In this document: piece after piece, positions 37,201-47,594 of the stretch
Numbering within the stretch: position 1 is the stretch's first letter
Layout: each line of letters begins with the position of its first letter
Assembly (NCBI GenBank): GCA_044226015.1
Contig: JBGAHS010000009.1
Location: forward strand, 64,001-128,000
Direction: 5' to 3'
Source of the DNA: Candidatus Obscuribacteraceae bacterium
GTDB lineage: Bacteria > Cyanobacteriota > Vampirovibrionia > Obscuribacterales > Obscuribacteraceae
DNA length: 64,000 nt
Position numbers and translations under genes: made by a program
The notes under the pieces: model-generated
What the model was told of the DNA's origin: nothing
Databases searched by the model: none
The model's input: the letters and a program-made list of their open reading frames with translations, nothing else

Positions 37201-37950
37201 ATGGAGCTGCAATCCAGTAATACCAAGGGTTCCATAATGCCTCCTATTTCCGACAAGCGTCTCAGCCCACAGGTAAGCAGAACCCATCCTTTGTGGATGG
37301 AGCTGTTGAACGAGCAAAATTATTGGGAGAGTCACGATGATCTGGCAAATTGGTTCAGCAGTTATCTTGGAAGACCCGTGTCAGTGGCTCCGGCACAACT
37401 TGAGGCATTCTCTGAGCTTTTGCTGCAGATTCGCTTCCTTTTATATGCGCAGCACTTTAATCGACCGCTGAATTTGAGATGCTTGAATCGAGAGCTATCG
37501 GCGTTGAACCTTGCCTTACATACTCCCGACGACTCAGCTCTGCCTCTATTGAGAGCTGTTTCGGACCAATCCGATGATGGCTTGCTAAACTCACTGAAAC
37601 AATCAATTCTGATTACTTTTGCGACTGACTTCGCTCGCTTACTCAAGGGCGAAGCCGAATTCCATCTTCATCGTTGCGAGGGACTCTATCGCAATAATGA
37701 TGGCGCAGTTGTGTTCATTGACACATCTTATGAGCCTGTTTGGCGAAGCGAAATAGACATTCTGGTCGAGCGCGAAATGTTAGCTAGTGAGAATGTTGTT
37801 CAACGATGTGCCGATTTCTTTTTTGCAAGCTCTAGATCAAAGTTCTGTTCAGATGCTTGTCGATTTAGTACGTTTCAAATAAGCAAGCAATTGCGAGATC
37901 CCGCGTATCTGGCTGAAAAACAGAAGAGATACAGGCAGCGCAAGAAATGA
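37201..37950 (+). CDS. ABATE/CGNR zinc-finger-like putative transcriptional regulator
   Basis: LHRCEG..RCADFFFASSRSKFCSDACR..KQKRYRQR resembles the CGNR finger, with an insertion between the first two Cys. N-terminal LWMELLN...DLANW is ABATE-like. Start uncertain (37189/37201/37237). Confidence 0.7.
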   Translation: MELQSSNTKGSIMPPISDKRLSPQVSRTHPLWMELLNEQNYWESHDDLANWFSSYLGRPVSVAPAQLEAFSELLLQIRFLLYAQHFNRPLNLRCLNRELSALNLALHTPDDSALPLLRAVSDQSDDGLLNSLKQSILITFATDFARLLKGEAEFHLHRCEGLYRNNDGAVVFIDTSYEPVWRSEIDILVEREMLASENVVQRCADFFFASSRSKFCSDACRFSTFQISKQLRDPAYLAEKQKRYRQRKK

Positions 37951-38021
37951 TTCGTGAAGGTCCCAAGCCAGAGCTGTAACGGGAGTTCCAACAAACTTAA
38001 ATTTCGAAGAGAGCTGATTGA

Positions 38022-38213
38022 CTAGCAGCCGTGTTGGCGCTTTAGATGGTGTTTTATTTCCTGCTTTTTGTATGCTGCAAGAAGTTCCATGTGGCTGTTG
38101 GTCAAATTGATTTGCGAATTTGCTAGAGTCGTCTGCGAATTTGCAAAAACCATGAGTGACGCGCAAATTGCAGGAATGGCTGCAGCGTAAAAGAATAGCC
38201 TTTTGCGAGTCAT
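38022..38213 (-). CDS. Small secreted or membrane hypothetical protein
   Basis: MTRKRLFFYAAAIPAICASLMVFA is a signal-like N-terminus, but the ORF is short. Confidence 0.35.
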   Translation of the reverse strand: MTRKRLFFYAAAIPAICASLMVFANSQTTLANSQINLTNSHMELLAAYKKQEIKHHLKRQHGC

Positions 38214-38429
38214 CAATGTTGCAAAGTTCGTTCTTTGCTTTCCATTTGGAATGTATTGATTACTCACAAACTTTCTCCTTGTCTAACCATCCTATAATAT
38301 GCCTTCTGCGTGAAGACTATGTGAGAAACCAAATGAAACTACATACTTTTTTTGATGAACAAAGTGAAGCTAGCTTCGTTTGTCTGAATTAGTCACCGTA
38401 TATGGTGGCGTAATTCTGGCTTGTAAAAC

Positions 38430-38461
38430 GAGAGAAGCGACCCGGGGGGGCCGCTTCTCTC
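38430..38461 (-). terminator. Intrinsic terminator after ctpA
   Basis: GAGAGAAGCG..CGCTTCTCTC hairpin followed by GTTTT on the minus strand. Confidence 0.75.
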
Positions 38462-38488
38462 ATAGTTGCTTAGATTGGCAAACTTTAC

Positions 38489-39865
38489 TTAGTTGTGCGA
38501 TTGTACACTGCTGCTGCCATCGACTTTTCCAACTATAACTTTATCTCCACCACTAGTGAGCTTTGTCTTCAGGACATCCACAGCTTTCTTGAGCTGAATG
38601 TCCTTCAGGTCTTCCGGTTTTCGTGTGACTGAACCACCAGGACCGTTGGGATCAATCCACCATGGTCCTCTGCCTTCCTCATAGTCTTTGTTGGTGAGTT
38701 CGACAGCAAAGTCTGGTGAGATGCCTACATTGTGGATGTCGGTATCGCTTGGGGTCAGATAACGAGCGATAGTGTAATTTACACCGCTATTATCTTCCAA
38801 GCGCTGAATGGCTTGCACAAGACCTTTTCCGAATGATTTTGAGCCGACCAGTACAGCTCTTCCGTTATCTTTGAGTGCGCCACTGGCAATTTCCGACGCG
38901 CTCGCGCTGCCTTTGTTAATCAATATCGCGAGCGGTTGATGTGTAATGGAATTTCCATCAGCCACTGCTGGAGTTTTGTAGCCATCTTTGTCTACTGTAA
39001 AAACAATGTTGTTCTTACCGTCCAGGAACATATTTGAGATGGTGATAGCGTTTTGCAAGAGCCCACCAGGATTATCTCTCAAGTCGAGAACGATAGCTTT
39101 TGCACCAGACAGCTTTGTCAGAGCCCGCTTCATTTCGTCATCAGCTTTCTTCGAGATGAAGCTAGTCAGCCTGATATAACCGACGTCGCCATCAAGCATT
39201 TTTGCTGTTTGAACTGAACTGATGCTGATTTCATCACGCACCAGCTTCATCTTCATTTTTTTCTGCTTTCGCAAGAGTGTCAGGTCGACAGCCGAGCCTT
39301 TTTCGCCTTTGATTGCTTTGGCAGCTTCCTCGACAGACATTCCCTTTGTAGACTTCCCGTCAACCTCCGCGATTTCATCGCCGGACATGACGCCAGCTCG
39401 TGAGGCCGGTGTGTCGTCAATCGGAGCAATAACCACGATTCTCTGACTCTTGTCCATACCTATTTGTATGCCTACGCCAAATAATCTGGCGTCAATTTGT
39501 GAGCGCTCATCTGCGAAAGCGTCGCGATCTAGAAAGCGGGTGTACTTGTCTCCCAGGCTAGCCAGCATGGTTTCGATGGCTTTATGCGCATCGTCCTGAG
39601 TTTTCAATTTGCCGTCATACCGATGCTGCCATCGATTCCAGTCCTGATGATTGTGAGTCTCGTCGTAATATTCGTTGTTGATAGTGTCCCAAACCCGTCG
39701 GTATACGTTGTCTGGGTTGAGAACTGCTGGGGTTCTCTGTGCTATCAGCGTTTTACTGCCTTTGAATTGATCTTCGGCGCTCGATAGAAGCGTCGAGGCT
39801 CCAAAAGAAATTGAGAGTAAAACCGATAGACTTAATAGTGCTTTCCACTTGGGTGCTTTTACCAT
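38489..39865 (-). CDS. ctpA: Carboxyl-terminal processing protease (S41A, PDZ)
   Basis: MLASLGDKYTRFL, GVGIQI (PDZ), LDLRDNPGGLL, SASASEI (catalytic Ser), FGKGLVQ (catalytic Lys), TIARYLTP. Confidence 0.95.
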   Translation of the reverse strand: MVKAPKWKALLSLSVLLSISFGASTLLSSAEDQFKGSKTLIAQRTPAVLNPDNVYRRVWDTINNEYYDETHNHQDWNRWQHRYDGKLKTQDDAHKAIETMLASLGDKYTRFLDRDAFADERSQIDARLFGVGIQIGMDKSQRIVVIAPIDDTPASRAGVMSGDEIAEVDGKSTKGMSVEEAAKAIKGEKGSAVDLTLLRKQKKMKMKLVRDEISISSVQTAKMLDGDVGYIRLTSFISKKADDEMKRALTKLSGAKAIVLDLRDNPGGLLQNAITISNMFLDGKNNIVFTVDKDGYKTPAVADGNSITHQPLAILINKGSASASEIASGALKDNGRAVLVGSKSFGKGLVQAIQRLEDNSGVNYTIARYLTPSDTDIHNVGISPDFAVELTNKDYEEGRGPWWIDPNGPGGSVTRKPEDLKDIQLKKAVDVLKTKLTSGGDKVIVGKVDGSSSVQSHN

Positions 39866-40112
39866 ATCGCAAATAGTTCTCGCTTAAAACTGCCGACTGA
39901 CCAGAAATGGTCTTTGCCTTTCCTTAGAAGCATCATAACAACAAGTTCGATCCTTCTACCAATAGGCTATAAGCCACATTCTTCTTACCCATTTCCCTAC
40001 AACTTTAGACAGACTCAAAATTTTGAGGTTTTCAGGGTGTTACTATAAACTCTGCCCTCTTGGAGCTGCATATATTCGGGGGTTTTTACTGGTTTTCACA
40101 GGGAGTTTTCAC

Positions 40113-40913
40113 GTGGAAGAAACAGCGGCAGATATAGGAATTTTTGGTGGTTCTGGCTTTTATAAATTGCTGGAAAATGCAGAAGAGCGAACGGTTGAAA
40201 CGCCTTACGGTGCGCCGAGCGACAAATTAATGCTGGGTGTGCTTGGTGGAAAGAAAGTAGCGTTTTTGCCCCGACATGGAAAGAATCACCAGATTCCTCC
40301 TCACAAAATCAACTTCAGAGCTAACGCATATGCTATGAAGTCACTTGGAGTCAAATACATCGTGTCGCCCTGCGCTGCTGGCAGTTTGCAGACCCATGTT
40401 GCCCCAGGCGATTTCGTTGTCTGCGATCAGTATGTGGACAGAACCAGTGGGCGCATCGATACATTTTATGATGGTCCTATTTCCACACACGTTTCAGCGG
40501 CTGACCCCTATTGCGACAAGTTGAGAGAACTTGCGATTCAAGCTGCAAAAGATTGCAAAATCAAAGTTCACGAAAAGGGTACAGTCGTCGTCATCCAGGG
40601 ACCTCGCTTTTCTACAAAAGCCGAGTCTAAGTGGTTCACATCAATGGGCTGGGAAGTCATCAACATGACGCAATATCCCGAAGCGCACCTTTGCCGCGAA
40701 CTCAACATGGGCGTGGTCAACATTTCTCTTATCACTGACTATGATTCAGGTTTGGTGGGTGCAGTTGAGCCAGTTTCTCACGCAGAAGTGATGAAGGTGT
40801 TCAGCGGAAACCTCGAAAAATTGCAAAAACTATTGATCAGATTCTGCGAATTGATGCCAGAGCCGGGCAAGGTTGATTGTGGCGATTCTCTAGCTGGTGC
40901 TAGATTTACATAA
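40113..40913 (+). CDS. mtnP: S-methyl-5'-thioadenosine phosphorylase
   Basis: IGIFGGSGFY, TPYGAPS, FLPRHG..H.IPPH.INFRAN, QGPRFSTKAES, INMTQYPEA, ITDYD. GTG start after a GGGAG RBS. Confidence 0.93.
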   Translation: MEETAADIGIFGGSGFYKLLENAEERTVETPYGAPSDKLMLGVLGGKKVAFLPRHGKNHQIPPHKINFRANAYAMKSLGVKYIVSPCAAGSLQTHVAPGDFVVCDQYVDRTSGRIDTFYDGPISTHVSAADPYCDKLRELAIQAAKDCKIKVHEKGTVVVIQGPRFSTKAESKWFTSMGWEVINMTQYPEAHLCRELNMGVVNISLITDYDSGLVGAVEPVSHAEVMKVFSGNLEKLQKLLIRFCELMPEPGKVDCGDSLAGARFT

Positions 40914-41070
40914 GAAGCCGAGCGAAAAGTCTAAATCGCGGCAGTTTGCTAATGTCAGAGACGGGTGCACTTGCATCCGTCTCTACTTTTTGCAGGGCAG
41001 ATGCGGGTTACACGGTTTTCTAATTTTAGCCTACGGACTATACTCACTTGAGATAGCGGGACGAATCTGC

Positions 41071-41262
41071 ATGTACGCACCAAAAATAACGCTTAATCAG
41101 GTTGTTGCCTTCATGGGGCTGGTGCTTTCGCTTTCGTTGTTCACCTTGATGACGAAATATGGTGTTCCTGAAAAAATTGCTTTTGGCTCAGCCATTCTTT
41201 GCATAATCGTGGTGGCTATCTTCTGGACTTGCATCAATCTCGGCGATGATGACGAAGACTAG
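41071..41262 (+). CDS. Small two-TM membrane protein
   Basis: MYAPKITLNQVVAFMGLVLSLSLFTL..IAFGSAILCIIVVAIFW with an acidic tail. Confidence 0.55.
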   Translation: MYAPKITLNQVVAFMGLVLSLSLFTLMTKYGVPEKIAFGSAILCIIVVAIFWTCINLGDDDED

Positions 41263-41512
41263 TTTCTTATAAATCCATTTTGCTTGCAGAGTTAATTGCA
41301 GCGTCTGCTCGCAGCGCCAGATTACAGCGTCTGATTGCTGCTGATTCACGCGCTCTCTTGGGAGAGTTGGGCGCACCTTTTTCTTTTTTTCGTGAAAGCC
41401 ATTCACTGTTTTGACTTGCTTTTCCTTTACACCTTCTTAAACGAGTAAGTGCAATCATAGTATTGAAGAAAGAAAAAAGAAGAAGAAAAGAACAAGAAGA
41501 GAATGAAGAAGT

Positions 41513-42154
41513 ATGGAAAAAGAATTGAATTTTGCTCGCGCGTGCAGCGCGGAAAATGGTCCTAGTTTTTATAATGCTGAGTCAAAAATAGTACGTATAC
41601 AGCAAGAGCTTGAACCTAAAGAGAAGCTGCTCTGGAGTGCTTCGCCTGATGCGAACCGAATGATGCTCCAGGCATTTGGACTCTGGTTTTTTGCCATTCC
41701 GTGGACAGTTTTTTCATTGTTCTGGGAGTCAATGGTCTGCTTAATGCCGTCGGATGGATTAACGAAACCGGTTATGTTGATATTCGGAACACCATTCATC
41801 TTGATCGGATTCGCAATGCTTTCAGCACCATTTTTTGCTAAGTTAAAAGGTGGACAAACTTTATACGTGATTACTGATAGGCGTGTTTTGATAGCTGAAT
41901 TCGGAAAGACTCTAGCAATTCGCTCTTACTTGCCGAGCGAGATAGGCAGAATTAGGCGTAAAGATCTTGATGGCGGAAAAGCCGACATATCATTCATCCG
42001 TTCAGTCGACTCTGAAGGCAGTATTTCACACGATGGATTTACAGGCGTGCCTGATGGACGAACTGCTGAAGCATATTTGCTAGATCTAAAAGCCAGGGCG
42101 CATGAAATTGAGCCACCAAAAGCTATGTTCAATTTTGATTGGAAGAAGCTTTGA
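41513..42154 (+). CDS. Membrane protein with a bacterial PH-like C-terminal domain
   Basis: ELEPKEKLLWSASP, two TM helices (FAIPWTVFSLFW; FGTPFILIG), then TLYVITDRRVLI. Confidence 0.8.
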   Translation: MEKELNFARACSAENGPSFYNAESKIVRIQQELEPKEKLLWSASPDANRMMLQAFGLWFFAIPWTVFSLFWESMVCLMPSDGLTKPVMLIFGTPFILIGFAMLSAPFFAKLKGGQTLYVITDRRVLIAEFGKTLAIRSYLPSEIGRIRRKDLDGGKADISFIRSVDSEGSISHDGFTGVPDGRTAEAYLLDLKARAHEIEPPKAMFNFDWKKL

Positions 42155-42166
42155 GTTTCAAAAAAA

Positions 42167-42194
42167 GAAAGAGCTGCTATATGCAGCTCTTTTC
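42167..42194. terminator. Bidirectional intrinsic terminator between convergent genes
   Basis: AAAGAGCTGC-TATAT-GCAGCTCTTTT with an A-tract on the left. Confidence 0.8.
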
Positions 42195-42225
42195 CAATTC
42201 TCTTGTTCTATTATGCAGACCGGTT

Positions 42226-43170
42226 TCAGATAAGCGCATCAGCCGCGAACAGTGCTGGGTCAGCTTTAGCTAGAAGCATTCCTATCATTCTGCTGGCATC
42301 GCAGATGATACCAGAGGGCTCTTCCTCTTCTACTCGATGCTCTACACGTGGGGTCGGAATCGGTTCGAATGATTCCATGTCTGGATCCCACTTTTCACCA
42401 GGCATGTAGTCACTGCTCTGAGCCCAGAGTTTTGTAGCAGCGAAATCTGTCTCATCGAGCGTCGTTTCGATTGTAGAAATCGATTCAATTTCTGGAATTG
42501 CGGCGACAGTCGCTACTGCTGTTTCTTCAGATAGTTTTTCTTCAGACTGCTTCTCTTTTTCTTGAACGAAATTGTGCACTGACAGAAACAACTCTGTGGT
42601 GGACTTTTTCATTTCCGGATTTACTTTCTTGTTGTTGTCCCATCCGATTTGTCTGGTCGGAGTTTCTTCTATCTGGAGGACAGGATGAGCGCCACTTACG
42701 CTGAAATCCATATCGTTTACAGATGCAGCCTCGACTAACGCAGGTGCCTCTGCTACCTGTCTGGAGCCAGGCATCTCGCTCTTGCGTAACAAGGACAGGT
42801 ACTCATCTGTGTAACCGCCTCCCTCAGCATTTTCGAGAGTGGGATCCATGGTGTCGACCGCATAATTTCGACCTTGATTCTCATTAATGGTCATCTGCAT
42901 GTTGCGGCTCAGTTTAAAGCTCTTCTGAATCTCTTCGTGGATTTCTTCACGACGATGGTCAGATGTTGCAAACCAGTGCATCTTAGCGCGTATCCAGTGC
43001 TGGCGACCGCCTTCTATTCCTACTCCGAGAACATCGCGAGATTTCTCCAGAAACGTTTTTCTGAAGGGATCTGCTGCGCGGCCTGCTTCAACTTTCGTGC
43101 GGTCATTTCTGATTCGCTTCAATCTTTTGATTACAACATCGTGATTATGGAATTCGTCCAGGATATGCAT
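42226..43170 (-). CDS. Hypothetical protein (basic N-terminus, acidic C-terminal half)
   Basis: 314-aa ORF with GAGG RBS. No recognised motif. Confidence 0.75.
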   Translation of the reverse strand: MHILDEFHNHDVVIKRLKRIRNDRTKVEAGRAADPFRKTFLEKSRDVLGVGIEGGRQHWIRAKMHWFATSDHRREEIHEEIQKSFKLSRNMQMTINENQGRNYAVDTMDPTLENAEGGGYTDEYLSLLRKSEMPGSRQVAEAPALVEAASVNDMDFSVSGAHPVLQIEETPTRQIGWDNNKKVNPEMKKSTTELFLSVHNFVQEKEKQSEEKLSEETAVATVAAIPEIESISTIETTLDETDFAATKLWAQSSDYMPGEKWDPDMESFEPIPTPRVEHRVEEEEPSGIICDASRMIGMLLAKADPALFAADALI

Positions 43171-43463
43171 TTGTTGCCTGTTCCTCTGAAGTAGCCAATG
43201 TGCTAGTCAATATAGACCGCACTACCTCGGTGATGTCACTAGTCTAACCATCTGGAAAACTCTGTAAAGCGCCAAATGGCGGATTACTGCCAGACATTCA
43301 GCGGATATATTCTGCTGAATGCCCGATTATTAGACTAGCCCCCGACCACGCCTTGGTCATTGATCACCATGGACAGCATCATAATCGAGCGCTTGGCAAC
43401 CGTCAGTGTGAAAAATACGAACGATTACCAAACTATGTTAATTTCCGCAAATCTTTGCCCGAG

Positions 43464-45020
43464 CTAGACTGGAAGCACGCTGTGCTTCTTCTTAAGTCCC
43501 GGATTGCGTTTTTCAACTAAGGAATCAAATCGGTTGATGAGTTCCTGACGCAATTGACTGCCTGCTACTATGCCATCAATAACCAGTTCTGAAGCAAGGC
43601 GTTTGATGTCCACGTCGTTGCGGTATTCTTCACGCTTTTGCTCAACAAAAGCAGCTCGCTCAGACTCCGGCAATTCCATGATTTTGTTGTAGTAGACTGC
43701 GTTAACCGCAGCTTCTGGGCCCATCACAGCTATACAGGCGCTAGGAAGCGCCAGGCATGCGTCTGGCTCGAAAGCTGGTCCACACATGGCGTAGAGACCT
43801 GCACCGTAGGCTTTGCGGATGACTACTGATATCTTGGGTACATCTGCTGATGCCATTGCAGATATCATTTTTGCTCCAGCTCTGATGATGCCAGCGCGTT
43901 CAACCTTTGTTCCAATCATGAAACCTGGAACGTCGGCAAGGAAGAGCAGCGGAATATTGAACGCATTGCAGAGCCACATGAATCTTGCGGATTTGTCAGC
44001 AGAATCCACGAAAAGAACGCCACCTTTGACGCGCGGCTGATTTGCAAGAATACCCACAACGCGTCCGCCGATGCGGGCAAGTCCTGTAATCATTTCTGAT
44101 GCGAATAGTTTTTTGATTTCGAAGAAAGAACCTTCGTCAACTAATTTATCGATGATTTGGTGCATATCGAATGGAACATTTTCTTTCTCTGGAATTATCT
44201 GTTCAATAGTTTTCTCGATCTGCTTTGGTTCTTTAGCTGGCATGACCAGTGGCTTTTCATCACAATTTGATGGCATCAATTCAAGATAATCACGGCACAA
44301 ACTGATGGCTTCTTCTTCTGACTTAACGAGAATGTCACCGCAACCGCTGACCGAGCAGTGCATTTTTGCCCCACCCATTTCTTCCAGGGTGACCTTTTCA
44401 CCGATTACCATTTCAGCCATACGTGGAGAACCAAGATACATCGAGGCGTTACCATCATTCATGATGACAATATCGCAGAACGCTGGAATATAGGCTCCGC
44501 CAGCTGCCGATGGTCCGAACAAAAGGCAGATTTGTGGAATGTAACCCGAGAGCTGCACCTGGTTGTGGAAAATTCGACCAGCGCCGCGGCGTCCAGGAAA
44601 CATTTCAATCTGGTCTGTGATACGTGCGCCTGCTGAGTCAACAAGATAGATCATCGGAACGCGCATCTTGGTAGCAACTTCTTGAATGCGAATGATTTTT
44701 TCAACGGTTCTCCAGCCCCATGAGCCAGCTTTCACAGTGGAATCATTCGCCATGAAACAGATGGTTCTTCCGTTTACTTTGCCTACGCCAGTTACCACGC
44801 CGTCGGCAGGAAGCTCACCGCCCGCCATGAAGTTGGCGAAGAGACCATCTTCGATTTCGTAACCTGGGTCGAGCAGCAATCTCAAGCGCTCTCGCACAAA
44901 AAGCTTTTTGTCTTCGGCTGCCTTCTTGTGGTATTTGGGCGCGCCGCCCTTCTTTATTTCTTGCTCTTCATGCAGCAATTTTTGCGTCTTGTCATCAGCC
45001 ATCTTCAACTCAGTTACCAT
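43464..45020 (-). CDS. Acyl-CoA carboxylase carboxyltransferase (beta) subunit, YngE/MccB-like
   Basis: PADGVVTG, ANDSTVKAGSWG, LVDSAGARI, GPSAAGGAYIP, FLADVPGFMIG, RKAYGAG, AVMGPEAAV. Confidence 0.95.
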   Translation of the reverse strand: MVTELKMADDKTQKLLHEEQEIKKGGAPKYHKKAAEDKKLFVRERLRLLLDPGYEIEDGLFANFMAGGELPADGVVTGVGKVNGRTICFMANDSTVKAGSWGWRTVEKIIRIQEVATKMRVPMIYLVDSAGARITDQIEMFPGRRGAGRIFHNQVQLSGYIPQICLLFGPSAAGGAYIPAFCDIVIMNDGNASMYLGSPRMAEMVIGEKVTLEEMGGAKMHCSVSGCGDILVKSEEEAISLCRDYLELMPSNCDEKPLVMPAKEPKQIEKTIEQIIPEKENVPFDMHQIIDKLVDEGSFFEIKKLFASEMITGLARIGGRVVGILANQPRVKGGVLFVDSADKSARFMWLCNAFNIPLLFLADVPGFMIGTKVERAGIIRAGAKMISAMASADVPKISVVIRKAYGAGLYAMCGPAFEPDACLALPSACIAVMGPEAAVNAVYYNKIMELPESERAAFVEQKREEYRNDVDIKRLASELVIDGIVAGSQLRQELINRFDSLVEKRNPGLKKKHSVLPV

Positions 45021-45295
45021 CCCTGTGCGTCCTTTTGCGAAGTCCGAAAGCACAAATTCTATCGTTCTAATACGCATAAGTGGTTGGGATTCATTTTCTT
45101 ATAGGCATTGACTGACGTGGAAGTGCTTTTGATATGATCTTCTACTCAGGTCCACGTAAAATTCTCATTTGGGAACGTTTAAGTCATGGACAAGGTCTGA
45201 GGCTGAAGTGGCAGTTAGCGACTTTCTTGAATGAACCCTTGCGCTTCGTCTTGCCAAACTTAGAAGTGTTTCAGGATGACCAATTAGGAGTGTCC

Positions 45296-46880
45296 ATGTC
45301 GGATAGTGAATTCGAATCGCGCCGCAAGTTTTTGCAGAATCTCGCACTTCTTGCTGGTTGTCAGTATTTTGGTGGCGATGTCTTCGCTGCTCCGGTGAAG
45401 AATGCCGCAAAGGCGCCAGCAACTAAACCGTCGGGAGGGGCAGCTGCAAAAGCTGGGGCAATCAAGACTCCTGCGAAATACAAGTTGGCTCCATGGACGC
45501 AGGGCGATGATTTTACGATGGGTCATAAGCTTCGTGCAGGAGAATGGCCTAAATTTCCTGAAAAGGCTGAGCGCAGTGTTGATTTTGTCATCGTGGGTGG
45601 TGGCGTTGCAGGCATGACAGCAGCCTACAATTTGCGCGATCAAAATTTCCTTTTGTTAGAACAATACGGTGAGCTCGGCGGGCATGCAAGAGGCGGTTCT
45701 TATCACGGCATCGACTATTCATGCGGCGCTGCATACATAGGTGTTATTGATGATATCTATGGTGAGCTGTATTCCGCAATCGGAATAGAACCAGTAAAAC
45801 TTGAACCAGAACGCAACGATTTTTACTTCAGCAACAAATGGTTCAATGGTACTAAAGGTGATGTCAGCAAACAGGTCTACAAGGAATTCAATCAACTAAT
45901 CGAGAGTTCCAGACCGATTTGGAATGGGCTTCCGGAAGATCCCGACCCAGTTAAAATAGCTGCCTCTGCAGATTTGACAAAATTAGATAACGGAACATTT
46001 GCTGGAAGCTTGAAAGGCTACAGCAAAGAATTCCTGGCTCTTATGGAATCCTTTTGCAAATCATCCTTCGGCGGGGGGCTCGATCAACTTTCAGCGCTTG
46101 CCGGGTATGCATTGATTCAAGACCTTGTTATTCCAACTTGGGTCTTCAAAGGTGGTAATTCCGCCATTGGAAAAGGGCTCAGCAAAAAGGTCACCGAAGC
46201 CGGTGCAGATAGATGTCTCAAGAATACATTTGTCTGGAAGATTGATATAAACGACAAAGGCGCGTCTGTCACTTATGAGTCAAAGGATGGTTCTCTTCAT
46301 AAGGTTGATTGTCGACATGTCATCATAGCGACACCGCCGCTGGTGGCGGCGCGTCAGCTCTCGCATATTCCTGATTTGGAGAAGGCGCTGCTCCTGGAAG
46401 GAAAAACTGTTCAAAGGTAGCTACGATTGTTTTGTGCCAGAGCCATACTCTTTTGCAGACATCACTGTGGCTGAAACTCCGTACATGAAGACTAATTCCT
46501 ATAAACCGGAAATGGGTTCTGTGCTGACAATTTATCAACCCTATCCTTACGGAACCATGGGCAGACCAATGCTGTTAATGGGCAACCGAGAAGAGTTTGC
46601 GGAAAGTCTCACAAAGCAAATGGAGCAACTCATTCCTGGGTTCTTCAAATCGATTGATGAGGTAGTGCTGACTCGTTGGGGTCATGCGCTAGCGATTGTA
46701 GGACCACAGTATTTTGGCAGGCTAGCAAAATTGCAGGCAGCACAAAAGAGCGATTCTTACACCCTTGCCCACAGCAGTATGGCAGGCTGGCCGGCAGTTG
46801 AGTCGGCCATTCGCGCAGGCACAAACGCTGCAGCAAAAGCCAGGAAGCTTGCTGCTAACCCTGGCTTCGTCGTACAGTAA
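45296..46880 (+). pseudogene. Tat-exported FAD-dependent oxidoreductase (amine-oxidase-like), split by a frameshift near 46398
   Basis: SRRKFL twin-Arg signal after an AGGAG RBS, VIVGGGVAG..LLEQ..GGH Rossmann motif and CGAAY. Frame 1 stops at 46420, while KEKLFKGSYDCFVPEPY..TRWGHA..AHSS..VESAIRAG continues in another frame to 46880. Confidence 0.8.
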
Positions 46881-46929
46881 TTTTATTACCGCTTTACGGT
46901 AATGTAGTTACGGTAGATACAGTAGGACT

Positions 46930-47259
46930 CTACTGTCCCGCGTCTTTCACCTTTATCAATTTTGGAACTGTGTTGGTTTTCATTTTGATTTTGTTGATAG
47001 GCTTAGCTCCTTTTTGTACAGATTCGTTGCTTATGTCAGTTACATCTACATACCAGACTTTGTTGTTTGCGTTGGGTACGCCCTTCGGAAAACAGTCTGT
47101 AGACCTGTTTTCCATCAATGGATGAAGTCCGGCTGGCGAAAGACCTGCCGCGACCCTTACTGTGCAAAATACAAAAAGAATCGCCAGACCAAGCAGTATC
47201 GCCAATAATTGCATCCACGGAATTACTGCAATTTCGTTGCTCATTACGTGTGATCTCAT
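46930..47259 (-). CDS. Small single-TM hypothetical protein
   Basis: GAGGAGG RBS and one hydrophobic helix. Confidence 0.6.
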   Translation of the reverse strand: MRSHVMSNEIAVIPWMQLLAILLGLAILFVFCTVRVAAGLSPAGLHPLMENRSTDCFPKGVPNANNKVWYVDVTDISNESVQKGAKPINKIKMKTNTVPKLIKVKDAGQ

Positions 47260-47594
47260 ATAACCTCCTCGGGTAGCGGTTCTGCCCTGTTGGAGTCGAT
47301 GCTTTTATGCACTTTTTTGTCTGTTGATACCACTATACTCCTGTTGGGAATGTATGATTCTCCGGCTCTTTTCCCGGATTGCTCATCCGCAGATAAACCT
47401 AGCTTTTATCTTACGGAAAACACCTTCGCATTTAATTAATCAAGATGAAAACTGCTATGAATAGAGGCTTTTGTTCTGTGAACGAAAATCATATCTGGTG
47501 ATCTGGAAACAAATTGCTTATACTCAGTGAGTTGCGTAATTGCTGTCTGATTACAAGTGTAGTCGGCGCCTCAGTGCGGTTTTTCAAGGTTTTT

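Noticed and set aside
41465..41511. Nearly pure purine (GAA-rich) tract before the 41513 gene
   Set aside because: Low-complexity sequence with no defined unit or supportable function.
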